From an uncultured delta proteobacterium (lineage in GTDB: Bacteria; Desulfobacterota; Binatia; UBA9968): a stretch of DNA of 64,000 bases. Shown here piece by piece: positions 9,180 through 17,565 of the stretch. Positions within the stretch are counted from its first letter, which is position 1. Each line of letters begins with the position of its first letter. A program made the translations under genes and the position numbers. The DNA lies in assembly GCA_963755715.1 (NCBI GenBank), contig CAVWLW010000032.1:32001-96000 (forward strand). Reading direction: 5' to 3'. A model generated the notes under the pieces. The model made no database searches and was not told the origin of the DNA. It was given only the letters and a program-made list of their open reading frames with translations.

Positions 9180-10196
9180 TTAAGACTTAGTTGCTGTGTC
9201 CAGCACATAGACGGGTTCAAATGCCTCGGCCGGCTCCTTAAGAACGCCAGATCGAGCGCAGGGGTGGCGGTCGCGAGCCAATGAATACCCAAGGCCCTTG
9301 AGGTCCTGAATTAATCGCCAGTCGTCCATCTTATATGTGTTGTAGGGGACGATATGGTTTATACGGTGTATGGCCGTGCGCTCATGTTCGTGGCCGGTGG
9401 CGAGCTTTGCGATACCCATGGCCCCGTGGGACTGCCCGTCCATGAAAAGCTTTACGAGCTTCGTGCCGAGCGTTCCGATCCCAGCCGATTTCGGAACGGC
9501 TAGGTTTCTTCAAGGCAACCGAGGCTCAGGATGTGCAGGGAATCCCGTGACAGCCGAGGAGCGTCACGGCCTCGACAACGGCGAGATCGATCGGATTGTT
9601 CGCCCAAATGCCGCCATCCAAGAGCCCAACACCGTGCTCTGTAATGTGTTGTGGAAAATATGTCGGTGCCGCGGCGGTCGCGAGCGCGATGTCAACGGCG
9701 AACGACTTGTAATCGTTTCTGAGGCGCGGGTGATGCGCCGTCTTGTAGATATACACAGATTGGGCAACGGGGTTCAGCGGGGATGACAAGTCGGGTTTTC
9801 GCGTCACCGAGCCTTTTTCGCCGAGCACATCATGGAGAACGGTGCGCAGAGGTGCTGGGTCATGCTTCCTCCGATACACCCAGCGGAGCGCGCGCAGATT
9901 TCGGCAAAGATAGTCGGCCACCGGGCGGTCGCCACCGAAAATCTCCGGGCCACGTTGTTCGTAAAGGTCCAGGAGATAAGAGAGGCCGAAAGGTTCATAT
10001 TCAAGACCAATAGCGATGATTCCGCCGGTTGAGGTCCCTGCGATCAGATCGAAATAGGAGACGATCGGGCGATTGAGATGTTGTTCGAGAGCGGCTAGAA
10101 AGGCCGCAGGGAATGTCTGAGAATGCCGCCGCCGTCGATGCACAGTATGCGGCGTTTTGCGGGCTCACCGTCGTTTTCAATTCCACTTAACTGCAC
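9180..10196 (-). CDS. Patatin-like phospholipase (CapV-like CBASS effector); several indels
   Basis: Stitched frames: RRILCIDGGGI, FDLIAGTSTGGIIA (GxSxG), ATAAAPTYF, LLDGGIWANNP. The C-terminal part is ORF 9180-9443. Confidence 0.85.
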
Positions 10197-10321
10197 CGAT
10201 TTTCTGCTTCTCACCACCTGAAGTTTGCGGCTAGGCCTCACTTGTGCAATCATGTTTCAGAGATGATACAATCCGTCGAATCGAATGTCAAACAGGTTTT
10301 CACATATGAAACGGAGGCCCC

Positions 10322-10688
10322 ATGTCCAAGCTAACCTTGCAAATTCTCGGCAGGAGGTTGGCAGAAAAGCGAAAGTCACGAGGCATTAGAGAGGTCGCCA
10401 AGAAATCGGTGTTAGTCCGGCGACATTGTCCGAATTGAGCGAGGCTATGTCCCTGATATAGAAACATTCGGTAAGGTTTGCCGGTGGATGGACGTCGATC
10501 CCGGTGAGATCTTAGGAGTAAAGCCGAAGGTGGCTAGTAAACCGAAAGCCGCTGTTCACTTTAAGAAGGATCAAACTTTGCAAATCGAAACTGCACAAGC
10601 TCTCGCTCAAATGATTCTCGCAGCCCAGCGCGCCATGATGGCTTCTGAGGGACAAGAGAATAGGCCGCTGTGTTGGTCCGGGGTTTAA
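10322..10688 (+). CDS. XRE-type HTH regulator (CapH-like); indels
   Basis: MSKLTLQILGRRLAEKRKSRGIREVAK..GVSPATLS..ERGYVPDIETFGKVCRWMDVDPGEILG...AQALAQMILAAQRAM. Divergent from the CBASS operon. The 3' end is uncertain. Confidence 0.7.
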
Positions 10689-11274
10689 AAGCTGGTGTGA
10701 AAATGTCTCCGTTCACCTGCGAAAGGACTTGGGGCTTATACCTAGCGCACCTCTAGACGTGAAAGCCTTGGCGGAGTGGCTGCATATAGAAATATGGACT
10801 CCTCACCAAATTCCTGGGCTTGAGTCGAAATGGACGCATGTACTTCTTAAGAAAGATCCCGATGCCTGGTCGGCAGTCACATTAGCCATAAACTCCAAGA
10901 ATTTGATTATTTTGAACTCTTCTCATTCTAAAGCACGTCAAGCAAGTGACCTGACGCACGAACTATCTCATATCTTGATAGGCCACGAGGCTGGTCGGGT
11001 AGATATCTCACCGGACGGGTTGTTGATGCTGAACACTTACAATAGAGACCAGGAGGATGAAGCAAATTGGATGGCGGGGTGCTTGCTCTTGCCAAGAGAA
11101 GCCTTGGCGGTTGCTATAAAGCAACAGGTCGACTTCGAGATTACAGCAAAAAAATACGGAGTGAACCGTGAGATGCTACGTTGGCGGCTTAACGTAACCG
11201 GCGTGCAACGTCAGTTTGCACGAGGGCATAACAGGGCTCTGGGGTCTAACTTCCTAGGTCCCGACGCTGATTAA
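10673..11274 (+). CDS. ImmA/IrrE-family Zn metallopeptidase (CapP-like)
   Basis: (R)GFKSWCENVSVHLRKDLGL N-terminus, HELSH (HExxH) and EDEANWMAGCLLLP. The start needs a 1-nt correction. Confidence 0.85.
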
Positions 11275-11478
11275 CGACGGAGCAGGGCTATTCAGGTAAA
11301 TGTGGCAATGAAACGTTCTTATCGACTTTTGATAGAGGGCCTGGCTTTTGAATCTCATCATTTCCAACAATCAAAAAGAAAGATTTGAGACAGCATCGAA
11401 AGATTCGACACTAACAGCTACTATAAAGAAATTTTGACCTGAAACGTATTCCCCGTACCGAGACCGAGTAGGGACGCC

Positions 11479-12495
11479 ATGACAGTTCGCATTGCCCAGT
11501 TCGTGCACGCCACCCACGATGTGGTGGACGAAGCTTTCCTGCGGGAATTTCCTGAAGTCGAGGCGGTGAAGGCCAATAACCTCGAAGCCCTGTCCGATGC
11601 GCTCGCCGGGGCGGAAATCTTCCATGTCTACAATTCCGCCTTTACACCGGAGTTCGCGAAGCTCGTGCGCGACAAGGGTCGTGCGCTGAAGTGGATTCAG
11701 TTCACGACCGTAGGCATCGATGTCGCGCTGAGAGTGGGACTGCCCGACGGCGTTTGGGTCACGAATTCCGGCGATGTGAGCCAGCGGGTGCTGGCCGGGC
11801 ACGCCATCGCCCTGATGCTTGGCGTGATGCGGGGATTCCGTAGATTCGAGCCGCTGCGTGCGCGGCATGATTATGCGCGGCAGAGCTTGCCCCGCTACAT
11901 GGTCGCGCCCGATGGCGCGCGCATGGTGATCCTCGGCATGGGCCGCATCGGTCAGGACATCGCGCGCAAGGCCAAGGCATTCGACATGGAGGTGATCTGC
12001 GTCACCCGCGCGCCCGCTCCCGCCGTGCCCGAGATCGACCGCGTGGTGCCCCGGGAAAAGGTGGACGAGGTGCTTCCTACTGCCGACGCGGTAATGATCG
12101 CGATGCCGCTCGACGCCGGCACTCAAGGATTTTTAAGCGCGGCAAGAATCGCGCTCATGAAAGAGACGGCTATCCTGGTAAATATCTCCCGCGGCAAGGT
12201 GGTGGACGAAGCCGCTCTGGCCCGCGCCCTCGCCGAAGGCCGCATCATGGGGGCAGGGCTCGACGCTTTCGCCAAAGAACCGTTGCCCGCGGATAGTCCG
12301 CTCTGGGATCTCCCCAACGTGCTGATGACGCCCCATGTCGGCGGTAACGGCGGGCGCGAATTGTGGCGGCGGATGAGCGAACTTGTGCGCGACAACACGC
12401 GCCGCTATCTTTCGGGTGCGCCGCTCAAACACGTAGTGAGAACACCCGATGGGACGCTTCAAGGTTTTGAAAACCCGCAGGCTGGCAACTCATAG
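11479..12495 (+). CDS. D-2-hydroxyacid dehydrogenase family protein
   Basis: ILGMGRIG, LVNISRGKVVDE, LDAFAKEPLP..SPLW and MTPHVGG. Confidence 0.9.
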   Translation: MTVRIAQFVHATHDVVDEAFLREFPEVEAVKANNLEALSDALAGAEIFHVYNSAFTPEFAKLVRDKGRALKWIQFTTVGIDVALRVGLPDGVWVTNSGDVSQRVLAGHAIALMLGVMRGFRRFEPLRARHDYARQSLPRYMVAPDGARMVILGMGRIGQDIARKAKAFDMEVICVTRAPAPAVPEIDRVVPREKVDEVLPTADAVMIAMPLDAGTQGFLSAARIALMKETAILVNISRGKVVDEAALARALAEGRIMGAGLDAFAKEPLPADSPLWDLPNVLMTPHVGGNGGRELWRRMSELVRDNTRRYLSGAPLKHVVRTPDGTLQGFENPQAGNS

Positions 12496-12521
12496 TGGGT
12501 GAATCTGAGGTCGAGAGTTTT

Positions 12522-12725
12522 ATGCGAAAGACCAAAACCACTCGCTACGACGTTGCCGAACACCTGCGAACACCGGAGGAAATGGCGGCATATCTTGAGG
12601 CTTGCCTCGATGAGGCAAAAGGAGATGCCGCCTTTATAGCCAAAGCTCTCGGCGATATTGCACGCGCCCGCGGCATGACGCAGGTGGCGCGTGACACCTT
12701 TCGGTTTCAAGCATTGGCACGCTGA
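12522..12725 (+). pseudogene. Truncated addiction-module antidote (HI1420-like HTH)
   Basis: YDVAEHLRTPEEMAAYLEACLDEAKGDAAFIAKALGDIARARGMTQVARDT, then the sequence breaks before the HTH recognition helix. No toxin gene upstream. Confidence 0.8.
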
Positions 12726-12805
12726 GGCGGCTGAGAGGTAATTAAGAGTCGTGCCGGAGCGTTGCACTGCTGCCTGGCGTGGGAATGGAAAGGGGAAACG
12801 AAAAC

Positions 12806-13468
12806 ATGATCGACGAAAGCTATAACGCAATCAAAAACGATTTCATCATGGCGCTTCGGATCATTTACCGTGAGGGACTGAGCGACGCGTTTGCTCATCT
12901 CAGCCTGCGCAGCAACGAGGGCGATGAAATGATGTTCATGCCGCGCAAGAGTCCGGCTATAGTCAAGAGCGAGGAATTGTTTTTTGTCGACTTCGATAAA
13001 TCCGTGCCGCAGTCTTCCTTGCACCAGGCGATCTATAAAGCCCGTCCCGATGTCAAAGCGGTTTTTCACTTCCACTCGCCGGCGGTGGTTCTGCTGAGCG
13101 TCGTCGGCCAAACCATTCGGCCGATGCATAACTACAGCGCGATTTTCTACGAAGGCGTGCCGCTCTATACCGGAACGGGGCAGGTCGAATCGCCGGCGCG
13201 GGCCGGGGAAATGGCCAAGTTGCTCGGCAACGCCAAGGCGTTGATGCTGCGCGGACACGGCGCCGTAGTCGTCGGACAGTCGATTCGTGAGGTTTGCATC
13301 TTGGCGCTTTTCTTAGAGGAGTCGGCGCGGCTGCAAACCGAAGCGATAAAACTGGGTACGCCGATGTTTATGGAGCGCGACGAAGCCGAGAAGATCGCCA
13401 AGCGAACCTTCAAGCCGACCTCCGTCGAACGTGCTTGGGACCATTTTGTCGCGAAATACGCCGATTGA
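12806..13468 (+). CDS. Class II aldolase/adducin family protein
   Basis: AFAHLSLR, LHQAIYKARPDVKAVFHFHSP and LMLRGHG. Confidence 0.88.
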   Translation: MIDESYNAIKNDFIMALRIIYREGLSDAFAHLSLRSNEGDEMMFMPRKSPAIVKSEELFFVDFDKSVPQSSLHQAIYKARPDVKAVFHFHSPAVVLLSVVGQTIRPMHNYSAIFYEGVPLYTGTGQVESPARAGEMAKLLGNAKALMLRGHGAVVVGQSIREVCILALFLEESARLQTEAIKLGTPMFMERDEAEKIAKRTFKPTSVERAWDHFVAKYAD

Positions 13469-13573
13469 TTTTGTTGTTCGGCCGGGCAGCCCGATCTCAT
13501 CGACTGGAAATGGTCGGTTAATATCTCTCTCGGGGATGGTTGAAAATCCCTCGCCTTCAGGCGAGTGAGAGTT

Positions 13574-13602
13574 CGTCATGCCGGCGAACGCCGACATCCA
13601 GG
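13574..13602. repeat. REP-like half element (CGTCAT type)
   Basis: cgtcatgccggcgaacgccgacatccagg, same family as 3761-3790. Confidence 0.65.
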
Positions 13603-13610
13603 TTCGTTTT

Positions 13611-13754
13611 GGAAAACTATACCGGCGCGCCGGCAATTACGAAAAGGCTAAGACGCAGCTCGCCAACGGCGTTGCAATGATGCGCGAGATGGAGATGGGA
13701 CTGTGGCTGCAAAAGGCTGAGGCTGAGTTGAGGGAACTAGAATCATTCCGTTAA
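13611..13754 (+). pseudogene. Remnant C-terminal TPR-like tail of a large adenylate-cyclase/AAA-TPR-type protein
   Basis: GKLYRRAGNYEKAKTQLANGVAMMREMEMGLWLQKAEAELRELESFR*, with no start. Abuts the REP half element. Confidence 0.55.
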
Positions 13755-13789
13755 CCAGACACCCTGTTGAAATTCTGCTTGGCCTAAAA

Positions 13790-13906
13790 ATGAAGCGCAA
13801 TGTGCGGGAAGTCGGTTCGAGCTGGAATGCGGCGAATTTATTGACTCGAAAAACTACCGGCTTGGGGCGGTTGCAATCCGAGATGCGCACGGAATACAAG
13901 AACTAA
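13790..13906 (+). repeat. Decayed thyX 3' end (copy 3)
   Basis: gaatgcggcgaatttattgactcgaaaaactaccgg(c)ttggggcggttgcaatccgagatgcgcacggaatacaagaactaa reads ECGEFIDSKNYR-LGRLQSEMRTEYKN*, versus ECGKFIDWKKYRLGRLQSEMRTEFKK in thyX. Confidence 0.9.
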
Positions 13907-13930
13907 AATTTGAATAACAAAGGGACAAAT

Positions 13931-14926
13931 ATGAAATGCCGGCTTACCTTGATGGCCGCCTTGACCGTATCGCTCTGCTTCATTCGCGCTTCGATGGCGC
14001 CGGCCCAAGTTGCGAGAATCAAAGTCGGCTACTCCTCGATCGGTGTCGGCCAGTCGCTCGTCTGGGTTGCTAAAGAGGCGGGGCTTTTCAAGGAGAACGG
14101 GCTCGATGTGCAGCTTATTTTTATCGGCAGCTCGAGTATCCTGACTCAAGCCGTGATCGCCGGCGACGTGCCGATCGCGATCATGTCCGGCACGGCGGCG
14201 ATCGGCTCGCAATTGGCGGGATCGGACGTTGTCATGGCTGCGAGCACAAAAAAAGATCCAGCCCAGGCATTTCTGGTCACCGCAAAAGGAATTTCACAAC
14301 CCGCGCAGCTCAAGGGGAAAAGACTGGCGGTGAGCCGGCTCGGCGCATCTTCGGATTTTATCCTCAGGTTGATTCTCAAAAAGATCGGCTTAGTGCCGGA
14401 CAAAGACGTGGCGATTGTGCAGATCGGCTCTTCGCCGGTCAGAATGGCCGCCTTGGTCAATGGCGCCGCCGATGGCACGGCGCTGACCTTCGAAGAGATG
14501 ATGGTGGCCAAGAAAATGGGTTTTAACGTCATGCTCAACCTCGTGGAGTTGGGTGTCGAATCGCTAAACAGCGACGTCGTGACGACGCGAAAATTTATGC
14601 GGGAGTCGCGGGAAACCGTCCAACGGTTCATCAAGGGCATGATCAAAGGAGTGAGTTTCTTCGCCGCCAATAAAAAATTTTCCATGGATGTTATTGCCCG
14701 CTACACCAAGAGCAACGACACGGAAAAGATCGAATATGGCTATGACTATGCGGCAAAAATCTTTCTCAGGAAGCCTTACCCGCCGATCAAGGGAATCCAA
14801 CTCGCCCTCGAAGAGATCGGCGAAAGAACTCCCGCGGCGAAGACAGCGAGTCCGGAGCAGTTTATCGACATCTCTATCGTAAAAGAGCTCGATCAGAGCG
14901 GCTTTATCGATGCGCTTTACAAATAG
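13931..14926 (+). CDS. ABC substrate-binding protein, NMT1/THI5/SsuA-like
   Basis: Signal peptide, VAKEAGLFKENGLDV, LKGKRLAV and ELDQSGFIDALYK. Confidence 0.85.
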   Translation: MKCRLTLMAALTVSLCFIRASMAPAQVARIKVGYSSIGVGQSLVWVAKEAGLFKENGLDVQLIFIGSSSILTQAVIAGDVPIAIMSGTAAIGSQLAGSDVVMAASTKKDPAQAFLVTAKGISQPAQLKGKRLAVSRLGASSDFILRLILKKIGLVPDKDVAIVQIGSSPVRMAALVNGAADGTALTFEEMMVAKKMGFNVMLNLVELGVESLNSDVVTTRKFMRESRETVQRFIKGMIKGVSFFAANKKFSMDVIARYTKSNDTEKIEYGYDYAAKIFLRKPYPPIKGIQLALEEIGERTPAAKTASPEQFIDISIVKELDQSGFIDALYK

Positions 14927-14941
14927 AATCGGAGAAGATCT

Positions 14942-15941
14942 ATGCGGCTTGCGGTCAGATTAACTAGCGTCATTCTCGGACTGCTGCTTGCGCCAGTGGT
15001 AGCTTCGATTGCCCGCGCGGCGTCGGTGCCCCAGAAAGCGACCTTCACTTACGGCGGCTTGAATGAACGCAGCGGTGTGCTGTTCGTCGCGCGCGATGCG
15101 GGGATTTTTCAGAAGCATGGCTTGGACGCGACGATCGTCAATGTGCGTAATGCGCAGGTCGGCATGTCGGCGCTCGCCGGAGGGGAGACTCAGTTCCACG
15201 TCGGGCTCGGCCACGGGTACCTCTATCGGAGCCATGGCGGGCGGTCTCGATCTCGCTTTTATCGCGGGGCTGATCAATAAGCTCGACGGCGCGTTTGTCG
15301 TCAATTCGAGCATTCGTTCTCCGGCGGATCTCAAGGGCAAACGGATCGGTATTCAGAGCATCGGCGGCGGTGTTTGGATGTTTACCATGCTCGCCTTCGA
15401 TCACTGGGGGCTCGATCCCGATCGCGATAAGATTCAGTTTCGCATCCTCGGCGACCAATCGGTGCAGGCCCAGGCGATCGCCCAGAACGTTATCGACGGC
15501 GGGTATCTCAGCTATTCCTACGGCGCGCAGTTGGAGCGCCAGGGATATCGAATCATGGCCGACCTGATAAAGATGGGCATTCCGTATCAGGGCCTGGGCG
15601 TCATGGCGAAGCGCAGCTTGATCGACAAAAATCCCGAACTACCGGAGCGAGCGCTGCGGGCGCTGGTGGAGACGATCACTTTCGTCAACAATCCGGCTAA
15701 CAAGAACGTCGTGGTGAAATCTCTGGTGAAAGAGCTCCGGCTAACGAAAGTCGAAGATGCCCAGGCCGGTTATGAAATGATGCGGGTGCTTTTTGAAAAG
15801 CGCATCTATCCCAATGTTGACGGTTTGCGCAACGTCATTCGCCTCCTCGGTCGTACCAGCGAGCCCATCCGCAAGCTCAAGGTCGAGGACATCATCGACG
15901 ACCGCGTGGTGCGGAAGTTGGAAAAGGAAGGGCTCTTCTAG
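14942..15941 (+). CDS. ABC substrate-binding protein, NMT1/SsuA-like (frameshift near 15205)
   Basis: ORFs 14942-15280 and 15063-15941 join. VARDAGIFQKHGLD, DLKGKRIG and KLEKEGLF. Confidence 0.8.
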
Positions 15942-16076
15942 GCAGGCTGCTGAAAAAGACCCATATGCATTCGTTGCGCACTCGATCGATTGCGCGTCAA
16001 CGTACAAGAGTACGCCTCCGCTGTGCCAGTCAGATCCTTCGCGCGCCTCGCCTCTGGATCTTTTTGAGCAGCCTGC
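15942..16076. mobile_element. MITE-like element with 17-bp terminal inverted repeats
   Basis: gcaggctgctgaaaaag ... ctttttgagcagcctgc (16/17 match), inserted right after CTAG (the gene's stop codon). Non-coding. Confidence 0.65.
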
Positions 16077-16093
16077 AAGAGGCTTTTTCACTA

Positions 16094-16178
16094 GGAATGG
16101 AGTCACTGGAATAATGGAGTGATGGAGTGATGCGTTAAGACCCAGCATTCCAACACTCCAGTACTCCATCACTCCAAC
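16094..16178. repeat. Inverted array of about 8-nt units (tggagtga / cactccaa)
   Basis: ggaatggagtcactggaataatggagtgatggagtgatg ... cattccaacactccagtactccatcactccaa forms a long imperfect hairpin. Confidence 0.7.
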
Positions 16179-16269
16179 CGTCTCGACCTTGACGCTCCCG
16201 CGCCTCTGGTGGTAGACCTGCCCGTAGATTCAAAGTACGTAAACCACGCGTTCTAAGGAGGAAAAGTTT

Positions 16270-17331
16270 ATGGCTGGCAACGGCAGTAATGCAGGATTTG
16301 AAGTTTTAATTTCTTCTGACTCCCACGTGATGGAGCCGTCAGAGATTCTCGCCGAGCGAGCGCCGCAATCATTCAAAGATCAAGTACCACGCTTTCCGAA
16401 GTTGGAAGTCGGCAGCAGTTTCCAAACTCATCCCGGCGGATCGGACCCGACGCACCGAATCAAAGAGATGGAAACCGACGGTCTCAGCGCCGAAGTGCTC
16501 TTCCCGACGTATCTGTTGCCCCACTTCGCTATGGACGATGGTAAGCTCCAGGCAGTCTGTTTCCGCGCCTACAACGATTGGCTGATCGAGTATTGCAACG
16601 TGTCGCCGAAGCGCTTGATCGGGATCGCCGCGATCTCCGTCTACGATATCGATGAAGCTGTAAAGGAACTCGAGCGCTGCGCCAAGGCCGGCATAAAGGG
16701 CTCGATCATCTGGCAGGCGCCGCACCCGGATTTGCCGTTTCACTCGGAACACTACAACAAGTTCTGGGCGGCGTCACAGGATTTAGAAATTCCCGTGCAT
16801 TTGCACATTCTGACCGGTCATGGTTACCACAAGGAGTCCGTGTTCGGGAATAAAAGGACCGGAGTTGAGGCTTATCGAGGCAGCGTCAACCTGAAGCTAA
16901 AGGAAATCATCGACGCATATTTCGAATTGATCTTTTACGGCGTGTTCGAGCGCTATCCCAAGCTAAGATTCGTCGGCGTCGAGAATGAAATCGGCTGGAT
17001 GCCCTTCATGCTGCAGCAATGGGATTACTATTACAATCGCTTCAAGAAGGTGAATCCTCTCCCGATCACCAAGAATCCTAGCGAGTATTTCAAGAATCAG
17101 ATTTTTGGAACGTTTTTTAGAGATACGGTCGCGGGACACAATTTTGAGCATTGGGGACAGGACAACTGCATGTGGTCCAACGACTATCCGCACGGCAATT
17201 CGACCTGGCCGGATTCGAAAAAATTTATCGACCGCGACCTCGGCCACTTGCCGGCCGATATTCGCAAGAAGCTGGTCTATACCAACGTGAAAAATCTCTA
17301 CGACATCGATATTCCGCATCCGGTGCAGTAG
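16270..17331 (+). CDS. Amidohydrolase_2 family protein (LigW/ACMSD-like fold)
   Basis: SSDSHVMEP, RAYNDWL, PVHLH, ENEIGW and MWSNDYPH. Confidence 0.88.
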   Translation: MAGNGSNAGFEVLISSDSHVMEPSEILAERAPQSFKDQVPRFPKLEVGSSFQTHPGGSDPTHRIKEMETDGLSAEVLFPTYLLPHFAMDDGKLQAVCFRAYNDWLIEYCNVSPKRLIGIAAISVYDIDEAVKELERCAKAGIKGSIIWQAPHPDLPFHSEHYNKFWAASQDLEIPVHLHILTGHGYHKESVFGNKRTGVEAYRGSVNLKLKEIIDAYFELIFYGVFERYPKLRFVGVENEIGWMPFMLQQWDYYYNRFKKVNPLPITKNPSEYFKNQIFGTFFRDTVAGHNFEHWGQDNCMWSNDYPHGNSTWPDSKKFIDRDLGHLPADIRKKLVYTNVKNLYDIDIPHPVQ

Positions 17332-17565
17332 GGGCGCGGATTTGGTCGTGTGACCCATTGGCGCGCTGGCGGACGAGACGAAGTCTGACAGCGCGCCATT
17401 TTTTTGGCCGTAGTGTATCGCGGAAGATATGATTCAACTCTTACCACGAAGGACAGCGATAGTTCGAACGAAGGTTTAATCTCAATTGGGATCCGAGGAC
17501 CCTTCGTGTCCATTCGCGTGACTTCGTGAGTTAAGACAAGTACAACTCGATACATAGGAGGTTTT

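Noticed and set aside
5603-13790. Prophage or ICE
   Set aside because: No integrase, relaxase, replication or structural genes are recognisable. Only cargo and remnants are present.
16094-16178. CRISPR array
   Set aside because: The units are about 8 nt, inverted and have no unique spacers. No cas genes are present.
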